A stretch of 64,000 nt of DNA, from assembly GCA_964057225.1 (NCBI GenBank), contig OZ059897.1, positions 22,444,001 to 22,508,000 on the forward strand, in the 5' to 3' direction. Of the stretch, positions 1 to 12,848 are shown piece after piece (the first letter of the stretch is position 1; every line of letters starts with the position of its first letter). The stretch comes from Auanema rhodensis (lineage: Eukaryota; Animalia; Nematoda). The position numbers were made by a program, and so were the translations under genes. The notes under the pieces are model-generated. The model saw nothing but the letters and a program-made list of their open reading frames with translations. It made no database searches and had not been told where the DNA came from.

Positions 1-78
1 ACCAATATCAATAAAAATTTGTTTTTAGACTAATATGGACATGGTGAATCTAATTTTGAAAACCGCATCTCTTTATCT

Positions 79-88
79 TTCACGTGAA
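79..88. other. Perfect 10-bp palindrome TTCACGTGAA containing an E-box/G-box (CACGTG); present at monomer positions 79-88 in most units
   Basis: Self-reverse-complementary sequence read directly. Protein binding is not shown. Confidence 0.9.
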
Positions 89-102
89 GCGAGTTACATA
101 CC

Positions 103-125
103 AAGTGCACATCACGTGTACATTT
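103..125. other. Cluster of 6-bp palindromes GTGCAC (105-110), CACGTG (113-118) and TGTACA (117-122) inside an imperfect inverted repeat AAGTGCACAT-cac-GTGTACATTT
   Basis: Arms 103-112 and 116-125 give 7 Watson-Crick pairs, 2 G-T pairs and 1 mismatch around a 3-nt loop. Confidence 0.8.
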
Positions 126-161
126 AATTAGCATAAATTAAAGTTCACGTAAACTTCAAAG

Positions 162-176
162 TCATGGTTACCATGA
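162..176. other. 15-bp dyad TCATGGT-T-ACCATGA (7-bp perfect arms, BstEII site GGTNACC at centre), once per monomer
   Basis: TCATGGT is the reverse complement of ACCATGA; read directly. Confidence 0.92.
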
Positions 177-1056
177 AGCAATATCAATAAAAATTTGTTT
201 TTAGACTAATATGGACATGGGGAATCTAATTTTGAAAACCGCATCTCTTTATCTCTCACGTGCAGCGAGTTACATACCAAGTGCACATCACGTGTACATT
301 TAATTAGCATAAATTAAAGTACACGTAAATTTCAAAGTCATGGTTACCATGAACCAATATCAATAAAAATTTGTTTTTAGACTAATATGGACATGGGGAA
401 TCTAATTTTGAAAACCGCATCTCTTTATCTTTCACGTGAAGCGAGTTACATACCAAGTGCACATCACGTGTACATTTAATTAGCATAAATTAAAGTTCAC
501 GTAAATTTCAAAGTCATGGTTACCATGCATCAATATCAATAAAAATTTGTTTTTAGACTAATATGGACATGGGGAATCTAATTTTGAAAACCGCATCTCT
601 TTATCTTTCACGTGAAGCGAGTTACATACCAAGTGCACATCACGTGTACATTTAATTAGCATAAATTAAAGTTCACGTAAATTTCAAAGTCATGGTTACC
701 ATGAACTAATATCAATAAAAATTTGTTTTTAGACTAATATGGACATGGGGAATCTAATTTTGAAAACCGCATCTCTTTATCTTTCACGTGAAGCGAGTTA
801 CATACCAAGTGCACATCACGTGTACATTTAATTAGCATAAATTAAAGTTCACGTAAATTTCAAAGTCATGGTTACCATGAAGCAATATCAATAAAAATTT
901 GTTTTTAGACTAATATGGACATGGGGAATCTAATTTTGAAAACCGCATCTCTTTATCTTTCACGTGAAGCGAGTTACATACCAAGTGCACATCACGTGTA
1001 CATTTAATTAGCATAAATTAAAGTTCACGTAAACTTCAAAGTCATGGTTACCATGA

Positions 1057-4000
1057 AGCAATATCAATAAAAATTTGTTTTTAGACTAATATGGACATGG
1101 GAAATCTAATTTTGAAAACCGCATCTCTTTATCTTTCACGTGAAGCGAGTTACATACCAAGTGCACATCACGTGTACATTTAATTAGCATAAATTAAAGT
1201 TCACGTAAATTTCAAAGTCATGATTACCATGCACCAATATCAATAAAAATTTGTTTTTAGACTAATATGGACATGGGGAATCTAATTTTGAAAACCGCAT
1301 CTCTTTATCTTTCACGTGAAGCGAGTTACATACCAAGTGCACATCACGTGTACATTTAATTAGCATAAATTAAAGTTCACGTAAATTTCAAAGTCATGGT
1401 TACCATGAACTAATATCAATAAAAATTTGTTTTTAGACTAATATGGACATGGGGAATCTAATTTTGAAAACCGCATCTCTTTATCTTTCACGTGAAGCGA
1501 GTTACATACCAAGTGCACATCACGTGTACATTTAATTAGCATAAATTAAAGTTCACGTAAATTTCAAAGTCATGGTTACCATGAAGCAATATCAATAAAA
1601 ATTTGTTTTTAGACTAATATGGACATGGGGAATCTAATTTTGAAAACCGCATCTCTTTATCTTTCACGTGAAGCGAGTTACATACCAAGTGCACATCACG
1701 TGTACATTTAAATAGCATAAATTAAAGTTCACGTAAATTTCAAAGTCATGGTTACCATGAACCAATATCAATAAAAATTTGTTTTTAGACTAATATGGAC
1801 ATGGGGAATCTAATTTTGAAAACCGCATCTCTTTATCTTTCACGTGAAGCGAGTTACATACCAAGTGCACATCACGTGTACATTTAATTAGCATAAATTA
1901 AAGTTCACGTAAATTTCAAAGTCATGGTTACCATGAACCAATATCAATAAAAATTTGTTTTTAGACTAATATGGACATGGGAAATCTAATTTTGAAAACC
2001 GCATCTCTTTATCTTTCACGTGAAGCGAGTTACATACCAAGTGCACATCACGTGTACATTTAATTAGCATAAATTAAAGTTCACGTAAATTTCAAAGTCA
2101 TGGTTACCATGAACCAATATCAATAAAAATTTGTTTTTAGACTAATATGGACATGGGGAATCTAATTTTGAAAACCGCATCTCTTTATCTTTCACGTGAA
2201 GCGAGTTACATACCAAGTGCACATCACGTGTACATTTAATTAGCATAAATTAAAGTTCACGTAAATTTCAAAGTCATGGTTACCATGAAGCAATATCAAT
2301 AAAAATTTGTTTTTAGACTAATATGGACATGGGGAATCTAATTTTGAAAACCGCATCTCTTTATCTTTCACGTGAAGCGAGTTACATACCAAGTGCACAT
2401 CACGTGTACATTTAATTAGCATAAATTAAAGTTCACGTAAATTTCAAAGTCATGGTTACCATGAACCAATATCAATAAAAATTTGTTTTTAGACTAATAT
2501 GGACATGGGGAATCTAATTTTGAAAACCGCATCTCTTTATCTTTCACGTGAAGCGAGTTACATACCAAGTGCACATCACGTGTACATTTAATTAGCATAA
2601 ATTAAAGTTCACGTAAACTTCAAAGTCATGGTTACCATGAAGCAATATCAATAAAAATTTGTTTTTAGACTAATATGGACATGGGGAATCTAATTTTGAA
2701 AACCGCATCTCTTTATCTTTCACGTGAAGCGAGTTACATACCAAGTGCACATCACGTGTACATTTAATTAGCATAAATTAAAGTTCACGTAAATTTCAAA
2801 GTCATGATTACCATGCACCAATATCAATAAAAATTTGTTTTTAGACTAATATGGACATGGGGAATCTAATTTTGAAAACCGCATCTCTTTATCTTTCACG
2901 TGAAGCGAGTTACATACCAAGTGCACATCACGTGTACATTTAATTAGCATAAATTAAAGTTCACGTAAATTTCAAAGTCATGGTTACCATGAACTAATAT
3001 CAATAAAAATTTGTTTTTAGACTAATATGGACATGGGGAATCTAATTTTGAAAACCGCATCTCTTTATCTTTCACGTGAAGCGAGTTACATACCAAGTGC
3101 ACATCACGTGTACATTTAATTAGCATAAATTAAAGTTCACGTAAATTTCAAAGTCATGGTTACCATGAAGCAATATCAATAAAAATTTGTTTTTAGACTA
3201 ATATGGACATGGGGAATCTAATTTTGAAAACCGCATCTCTTTATCTTTCACGTGAAGCGAGTTACATACCAAGTGCACATCACGTGTACATTTAAATAGC
3301 ATAAATTAAAGTTCACGTAAATTTCAAAGTCATGGTTACCATGAACCAATATCAATAAAAATTTGTTTTTAGACTAATATGGACATGGGGAATCTAATTT
3401 TGAAAACCGCATCTCTTTATCTTTCACGTGAAGCGAGTTACATACCAAGTGCACATCACGTGTACATTTAATTAGCATAAATTAAAGTTCACGTAAATTT
3501 CAAAGTCATGGTTACCATGAACCAATATCAATAAAAATTTGTTTTTAGACTAATATGGACATGGGAAATCTAATTTTGAAAACCGCATCTCTTTATCTTT
3601 CACGTGAAGCGAGTTACATACCAAGTGCACATCACGTGTACATTTAATTAGCATAAATTAAAGTTCACGTAAATTTCAAAGTCATGGTTACCATGAACCA
3701 ATATCAATAAAAATTTGTTTTTAGACTAATATGGACATGGGGAATCTAATTTTGAAAACCGCATCTCTTTATCTTTCACGTGAAGCGAGTTACATACCAA
3801 GTGCACATCACGTGTACATTTAATTAGCATAAATTAAAGTTCACGTAAATTTCAAAGTCATGGTTACCATGAAGCAATATCAATAAAAATTTGTTTTTAG
3901 ACTAATATGGACATGGGGAATCTAATTTTGAAAACCGCATCTCTTTATCTTTCACGTGAAGCGAGTTACATACCAAGTGCACATCACGTGTACATTTAAT

Positions 4001-4224
4001 TAGCATAAATTAAAGTTCACGTAAATTTCAAAGTCATGGTTACCATGAACCAATATCAATAAAAATTTGTTTTTAGACTAATATGGACATGGGGAATCTA
4101 ATTTTGAAAACCGCATCTCTTTATCTTTCACGTGAAGCGAGTTACATACCAAGTGCACATCACGTGTACATTTAATTAGCATAAATTAAAGTTCACGTAA
4201 ATTTCAAAGTCATGGTTACCATGA
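1057..4224 (+). repeat. Local 9-monomer (1584-bp) tandem duplication, monomers 7-15 / 16-24
   Basis: Rare variants recur exactly 1584 bp apart: TGATTA (1223/2807), TTTAAATAG (1712/3296), ACT starts (1409/2993), GGGAAA (monomers at 1937/3521). Confidence 0.88.
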
Positions 4225-7200
4225 ACCAATATCAATAAAAATTTGTTTTTAGACTAATATGGACATAGGGAATCTAATTATGAAAACCGCATCTCTTTAT
4301 CTTTCACGTGAAGCGAGTTACATACCAAGTGCACATCACGTGTACATTTAATTAGCATAAATTAAAGTTCACGTAAATTTCAAAGTCATGGTTACCATGA
4401 AGCAATATCAATAAAAATTTGTTTTTAGACTAATATGACCATGGGGAATCTAATTTTGAAAACCGCATCTCTTTATCTTTCACGTGAAGCGAGTTACATA
4501 CCAAGTGCACATCACGTGTACATTTAATTAGCATAAATTAAAGTTCACGTAAATTTCAAAGTCATGGTTACCATGAACCAATATCAATAAAAATTTGTTT
4601 TTAGACTAATATGGACATGGGGAATCTAATTTTGAAAACCGCATCTCTTTATCTTTCACGTGAAGCGAGTTACATACCAAGTGCACATCACGTGTACATT
4701 TAATTAGCATAAATTAAAGTTCACGTAAATTTCAAAGTCATGGTTACCATGAAGCAATATCAATAAAAATTTGTTTTTAGACTAATATGGACATGGGGAA
4801 TCTAATTTTGAAAACCGCATCTCTTTATCTTTCACGTGAAGCGAGTTACATACCAAGTGCACATCACGTGTACATTTAATTAGCATAAATTAAAGTTCAC
4901 GTAAATTTCAAAGTCATGGTTACCATGAACCAATATCAATAAAAATTTGTTTTTAGACTAATATGGACATGGGGAATCTAATTTTGAAAACCGCATCTCT
5001 TTATCTTTCACGTGAAGCGAGTTACATACCAAGTGCACATCACGTGTACATTTAATTAGCATAAATTAAAGTTCACGTAAATTTCAAAGTCATGGTTACC
5101 ATGAACCAATATCAATAAAAATTTGTTTTTAGACTAATATGGACATAGGGAATCTAATTATGAAAACCGCATCTCTTTATCTTTCACGTGAAGCGAGTTA
5201 CATACCAAGTGCACATCACGTGTACATTTAATTAGCATAAATTAAAGTTCACGTAAATTTCAAAGTCATGGTTACCATGAACCAATATCAATAAAAATTT
5301 GTTTTTAGACTAATATGGACATGGGGAATCTAGTTTTGAAAACCGCATCTCTTTATCTTTCACGTGAAGCGAGTTACATACCAAGTGCACATCACGTGTA
5401 CATTTAATTAGCATAAATTAAAGTTCACGTAAATTTCAAAGTCATGGTTACCATGAAGCAATATCAATAAAAATTTGTTTTTAGACTAATATGACCATGG
5501 GGAATCTAATTTTGAAAACCGCATCTCTTTATCTTTCACGTGAAGCGAGTTACATACCAAGTGCACATCACGTGTACATTTAATTAGCATAAATTAAAGT
5601 TCACGTAAATTTCAAAGTCATGGTTACCATGAACCAATATCAATAAAAATTTGTTTTTAGACTAATATGGACATAGGGAATCTAATTATGAAAACCGCAT
5701 CTCTTTATCTTTCACGTGAAGCGAGTTACATACCAAGTGCACATCACGTGTACATTTAATTAGCATAAATTAAAGTTCACGTAAATTTCAAAGTCATGGT
5801 TACCATGAACCAATATCAATAAAAATTTGTTTTTAGATTAATATGGACATGGGGAATCTAGTTTTGAAAACCGCATCTCTTTATCTTTCACGTGAAGCGA
5901 GTTACATACCAAGTGCACATCACGTGTACATTTAATTAGCATAAATTAAAGTTCACGTAAATTTCAAAGTCATGGTTACCATGAAGCAATATCAATAAAA
6001 ATTTGTTTTTAGACTAATATGACCATGGGGAATCTAATTTTGAAAACCGCATCTCTTTATCTTTCACGTGAAGCGAGTTACATACCAAGTGCACATCACG
6101 TGTACATTTAATTAGCATAAATTAAAGTTCACGTAAATTTCAAAGTCATGGTTACCATGAACCAATATCAATAAAAATTTGTTTTTAGACTAATATGGAC
6201 ATGGGGAATCTAATTTTGAAAACCGCATCTCTTTATCTTTCACGTGAAGCGAGTTACATACCAAGTGCACATCACGTGTACATTTAATTAGCATAAATTA
6301 AAGTTCACGTAAATTTCAAAGTCATGGTTACCATGAACCAATATCAATAAAAATTTGTTTTTAGACTAATATGGACATGGGGAATCTAATTTTGAAAACC
6401 GCATCTCTTTATCTTTCACGTGAAGCGAGTTACATACCAAGTGCACATCACGTGTACATTTAATTAGCATAAATTAAAGTTCACGTAAATTTCAAAGTCA
6501 TGGTTACCATGAACCAATATCAATAAAAATTTGTTTTTAGACTAATATGGACATGGGGAATCTAATTTTGAAAACCGCATCTCTTTATCTTTCACGTGAA
6601 GCGAGTTACATACCAAGTGCACATCACGTGTACATTTAATTAGCATAAATTAAAGTTCACGTAAATTTCAAAGTCATGGTTACCATGAACCAATATCACG
6701 AAAAATTTGTTTTTAGACTAATATGGACATGGGGAATCTAATTTTGAGAACCGCATCTCTTTATCTTTCACGTGAAGCGAGTTACATACCAAGTGCACAT
6801 CACGTGTACATTTAATTAGCATAAATTAAAGTTCACGTAAATTTCAAAGTCATGGTTACCATGCACCAATATCAATAAAAATTTGTTTTTAGACTAATAT
6901 GGACATGGGGAATCTAATTTTGAAAACCGCATCTCTTTATCTTTCACGTGAAGCGAGTTACATACCAAGTGCACATCACGTGTACATTTAATTAGCATAA
7001 ATTAAAGTTCACGTAAACTTCAAAGTCATGGTTACCATGAACCAATATCAATAAAAATTTGTTTATAGACTAATATGGACATGGGGAATCTAATTTTGAA
7101 AACCGCATCTCTTTATCTTTCACGTGAAGCGAGTTACATACCAAGTGCACATCACGTGTACATTTAATTAGCATAAATTAAAGTTCACGTAAATTTCAAA

Positions 7201-10200
7201 GTCATGGTTACCATGAACCAGTATCAATAAAAATTTGTTTTTAGACTAATATGGACATGGGGAATCTAATTTTGAAAACCGCATCTCTTTATCTTTCACG
7301 TGAAGCGAGTTACATACCAAGTGCACATCACGTGTACATTTAATTAGCATAAATTAAAGTTCACGTAAATTTCAAAGTCATGGTTACCATGAACCAATAT
7401 CAATAAAAATTTGTTTTTAGACTAATATGGACATGGGGAATCTAATTTTGAAAACCGCATCTCTTTATCTTTCACGTGAAGCGAGTTACATACCAAGTGC
7501 ACATCACGTGTACATTTAATTAGCATAAATTAAAGTTCACGTAAATTTCAAAGTCATGGTTACCATGAACCAATATCAATAAAAATTTGTTTATAGACTA
7601 ATATGGACATGGGGAATCTAATTTTGAAAACCGCATCTCTTTATCTTTCACGTGAAGCGAGTTACATACCAAGTGCACATCACGTGTACATTTAATTAGC
7701 ATAAATTAAAGTTCACGTAAATTTCAAAGTCATGGTTACCATGAACCAATATCAATAAAAATTTGTTTTTAGACTAATATGGACATGGGGAATCTAATTT
7801 TGAAAACCGCATCTCTTTATCTTTCACGTGAAGCGAGTTACATACCAAGTGCACATCACGTGTACATTTAATTAGCATAAATTAAAGTTCACGTAAATTT
7901 CAAAGTCATGGTTACCATGAACCAATATCAATAAAAATTTGTTTTTAGACTAATATGGACATGGGGAATCTAATTTTGAAAACCGCATCTCTTTATCTTT
8001 CACGTGAAGCGAGTTACATACCAAGTGCACATCACGTGTACATTTAATTAGCATAAATTAAAGTTCACGTAAATTTCAAAGTCATGGTTACCATGAACCA
8101 ATATCAATAAAAATTTGTTTTTAGACTAATATGGACATGGGAAATCTAATTTTGAAAACCGCATCTCTTTATCTTTCACGTGAAGCGAGTTACATACCAA
8201 GTGCACATCACGTGTACATTTAATTAGCATAAATTAAAGTTCACGTAAATTTCAAAGTCATGGTTACCATGAACCAATATCAATAAAAATTTGTTTTTAG
8301 ACTAATATGGACATGGGGAATCTAATTTTGAAAACCGCATCTCTTTATCTTTCACGTGAAGCGAGTTACATACCAAGTGCACATCACGTGTACATTTAAT
8401 TAGCATAAATTAAAGTTCACGTAAATTTCAAAGTCATGGTTACCATGAAGCAATATCAATAAAAATTTGTTTTTAGACTAATATGGACATGGGGAATCTA
8501 ATTTTGAAAACCGCATCTCTTTATCTTTCACGTGAAGCGAGTTACATACCAAGTGCACATCACGTGTACATTTAATTAGCATAAATTAAAGTTCACGTAA
8601 ATTTCAAAGTCATGGTTACCATGAACCAATATCAATAAAAATTTGTTTTTAGACTAATATGGACATGGGGAATCTAATTTTGAAAACCGCATCTCTTTAT
8701 CTTTCACGTGAAGCGAGTTACATACCAAGTGCACATCACGTGTACATTTAATTAGCATAAATTAAAGTTCACGTAAATTTCAAAGTCATGGTTACCATGA
8801 ACCAATATCAATAAAAATTTGTTTTTAGACTAATATGGACATAGGGAATCTAATTATGAAAACCGCATCTCTTTATCTTTCACGTGAAGCGAGTTACATA
8901 CCAAGTGCACATCACGTGTACATTTAATTAGCATAAATTAAAGTTCACGTAAATTTCAAAGTCATGGTTACCATGAACCAATATCAATAAAAATTTGTTT
9001 TTAGACTAATATGGACATGGGGAATCTAATTTTGAAAACCGCATCTCTTTATCTTTCACGTGAAGCGAGTTACATACCAAGTGCACATCACGTGTACATT
9101 TAATTAGCATAAATTAAAGTTCACGTAAATTTCAAAGTCATGGTTACCATGAACCAATATCAATAAAAATTTGTTTTTAGACTAATATGGACATGGGGAA
9201 TCTAATTTTGAAAACCGCATCTCTTTATCTTTCACGTGAAGCGAGTTACATACCAAGTGCACATCACGTGTACATTTAATTAGCATAAATTAAAGTTCAC
9301 GTAAATTTCAAAGTCATGGTTACCATGAACCAATATCAATAAAAATTTGTTTTTAGACTAATATGGACATGGGGAATCTAATTTTGAAAACCGCATCTCT
9401 TTATCTTTCACGTGAAGCGAGTTACATACCAAGTGCACATCACGTGTACATTTAATTAGCATAAATTAAAGTTCACGTAAATTTCAAAGTCATGGTTACC
9501 ATGAACCAATATCAATAAAAATTTGTTTTTAGACTAATATGGACATGGGAAATCTAATTTTGAAAACCGCATCTCTTTATCTTTCACGTGAAGCGAGTTA
9601 CATACCAAGTGCACATCACGTGTACATTTAATTAGCATAAATTAAAGTTCACGTAAATTTCAAAGTCATGGTTACCATGAACCAATATCAATAAAAATTT
9701 GTTTTTAGACTAATATGGACATAGGGAATCTAATTATGAAAACCGCATCTCTTTATCTTTCACGTGAAGCGAGTTACATACCAAGTGCACATCACGTGTA
9801 CATTTAATTAGCATAAATTAAAGTTCACGTAAATTTCAAAGTCATGGTTACCATGAACCAATATCAATAAAAATTTGTTTTTAGACTAATATGGACATGG
9901 GGAATCTAATTTTGAAAACCGCATCTCTTTATCTTTCACGTGAAGCGAGTTACATACCAAGTGCACATCACGTGTACATTTAATTAGCATAAATTAAAGT
10001 TCACGTAAATTTCAAAGTCATGGTTACCATGAACCAATATCAATAAAAATTTGTTTTTAGACTAATATGGACATAGGGAATCTAATTATGAAAACCGCAT
10101 CTCTTTATCTTTCACGTGAAGCGAGTTACATACCAAGTGCACATCACGTGTACATTTAATTAGCATAAATTAAAGTTCACGTAAATTTCAAAGTCATGGT

Positions 10201-12848
10201 TACCATGAACCAATATCAATAAAAATTTGTTTTTAGACTAATATGGACATGGGGAATCTAATTTTGAAAACCGCATCTCTTTATCTTTCACGTGAAGCGA
10301 GTTACATACCAAGTGCACATCACGTGTACATTTAATTAGCATAAATTAAAGTTCACGTAAATTTCAAAGTCATGGTTACCATGAACCAATATCAATAAAA
10401 ATTTGTTTTTAGACTAATATGGACATGGGGAATCTAATTTTGAAAACCGCATCTCTTTATCTTTCACGTGAAGCGAGTTACATACCAAGTGCACATCACG
10501 TGTACATTTAATTAGCATAAATTAAAGTTCACGTAAATTTCAAAGTCATGGTTACCATGAACCAATATCAATAAAAATTTGTTTTCAGACTAATATGGAC
10601 ATGGGGAATCTAATTTTGAAAACCGCATCTCTTTATCTTTCACGTGAAGCGAGTTACATACCAAGTGCACATCACGTGTACATTTAATTAGCATAAATTA
10701 AAGTTCACGTAAATTTCAAAGTCATGGTTACCATGAACCAATATCAATAAAAATTTGTTTTTAGACTAATATGGACATGGGAAATCTAATTTTGAAAACC
10801 GCATCTCTTTATCTTTCACGTGAAGCGAGTTACATACCAAGTGCACATCACGTGTACATTTAATTAGCATAAATTAAAGTTCACGTAAATTTCAAAGTCA
10901 TGGTTACCATGAACCAATATCAATAAAAATTTGTTTTTAGACTAATATGGACATGGGGAATCTAATTTTGAAAACCGCATCTCTTTATCTTTCACGTGAA
11001 GCGAGTTACATACCAAGTGCACATCACGTGTACATTTAATTAGCATAAATTAAAGTTCACGTAAATTTCAAAGTCATGGTTACCATGAAGCAATATCAAT
11101 AAAAATTTGTTTTTAGACTAATATGGACATGGGGAATCTAATTTTGAAAACCGCATCTCTTTATCTTTCACGTGAAGCGAGTTACATACCAAGTGCACAT
11201 CACGTGTACATTTAATTAGCATAAATTAAAGTTCACGTAAATTTCAAAGTCATGGTTACCATGAACCAATATCAATAAAAATTTGTTTTTAGACTAATAT
11301 GGACATGGGGAATCTAATTTTGAAAACCGCATCTCTTTATCTTTCACGTGAAGCGAGTTACATACCAAGTGCACATCACGTGTACATTTAATTAGCATAA
11401 ATTAAAGTTCACGTAAATTTCAAAGTCATGGTTACCATGAACCAATATCAATAAAAATTTGTTTTTAGACTAATATGGACATAGGGAATCTAATTATGAA
11501 AACCGCATCTCTTTATCTTTCACGTGAAGCGAGTTACATACCAAGTGCACATCACGTGTACATTTAATTAGCATAAATTAAAGTTCACGTAAATTTCAAA
11601 GTCATGGTTACCATGAACCAATATCAATAAAAATTTGTTTTTAGACTAATATGGACATGGGGAATCTAGTTTTGAAAACCGCATCTCTTTATCTTTCACG
11701 TGAAGCGAGTTACATACCAAGTGCACATCACGTGTACATTTAATTAGCATAAATTAAAGTTCACGTAAATTTCAAAGTCATGGTTACCATGAAGCAATAT
11801 CAATAAAAATTTGTTTTTAGACTAATATGACCATGGGGAATCTAATTTTGAAAACCGCATCTCTTTATCTTTCACGTGAAGCGAGTTACATACCAAGTGC
11901 ACATCACGTGTACATTTAATTAGCATAAATTAAAGTTCACGTAAATTTCAAAGTCATGGTTACCATGAACCAATATCAATAAAAATTTGTTTTTAGACTA
12001 ATATGGACATGGGAAATCTAATTTTGAAAACCGCATCTCTTTATCTTTCACGTGAAGCGAGTTACATACCAAGTGCACATCACGTGTACATTTAATTAGC
12101 ATAAATTAAAGTTCACGTAAATTTCAAAGTCATGGTTACCATGAACCAATATCAATAAAAATTTGTTTTTAGACTAATATGGACATGGGGAATCTAATTT
12201 TGAAAACCGCATCTCTTTATCTTTCACGTGAAGCGAGTTACATACCAAGTGCACATCACGTGTACATTTAATTAGCATAAATTAAAGTTCACGTAAATTT
12301 CAAAGTCATGGTTACCATGAAGCAATATCAATAAAAATTTGTTTTTAGACTAATATGGACATGGGGAATCTAATTTTGAAAACCGCATCTCTTTATCTTT
12401 CACGTGAAGCGAGTTACATACCAAGTGCACATCACGTGTACATTTAATTAGCATAAATTAAAGTTCACGTAAATTTCAAAGTCATGGTTACCATGAACCA
12501 ATATCAATAAAAATTTGTTTTTAGACTAATATGGACATGGGGAATCTAATTTTGAAAACCGCATCTCTTTATCTTTCACGTGAAGCGAGTTACATACCAA
12601 GTGCACATCACGTGTACATTTAATTAGCATAAATTAAAGTTCACGTAAATTTCAAAGTCATGGTTACCATGAACCAATATCAATAAAAATTTGTTTTTAG
12701 ACTAATATGGACATAGGGAATCTAATTATGAAAACCGCATCTCTTTATCTTTCACGTGAAGCGAGTTACATACCAAGTGCACATCACGTGTACATTTAAT
12801 TAGCATAAATTAAAGTTCACGTAAATTTCAAAGTCATGGTTACCATGA

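Larger units (their letters stand above)
1..176 (+). repeat. Representative first monomer (phase arbitrary; differs from consensus by G45T and T154C)
   Basis: Direct reading; the next unit starts AGCAATATCA at 177. Confidence 0.97.

Noticed and set aside
2-15. CCAAT box and AATAAA polyadenylation signal
   Set aside because: Short motifs expected in AT-rich DNA, with no gene context.
35-127. 30-codon ORF in each monomer (consensus MDMGNLILKTASLYLSREASYIPSAHHVYI*)
   Set aside because: Length expected by chance and no recognisable domain. Variants include many missense changes and a nonsense allele (TTG TAA in monomers at 33793 and 35025). All three + frames contain stops within each monomer, so there is no long repetitive CDS.
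1-176. Tandem RNA gene cluster (5S rRNA, tRNA, snRNA, spliced leader)
   Set aside because: No recognisable 5S, tRNA cloverleaf, A/B-box or snRNA sequence. An Rfam cmscan would be the formal test.
1-176. Assignment to alpha satellite, Arabidopsis CEN178 or Brassica CentBr (also 176 bp)
   Set aside because: Only the length is similar. There is no CENP-B box or HindIII AAGCTT site, and I recognise no sequence similarity.
111-241. Budding-yeast point centromere (CDEI-CDEII-CDEIII)
   Set aside because: ATCACGTG matches CDEI, but there is no ~80-bp >90% AT CDEII and no TTCCGAA CDEIII core. Point centromeres are also not tandemly repeated.
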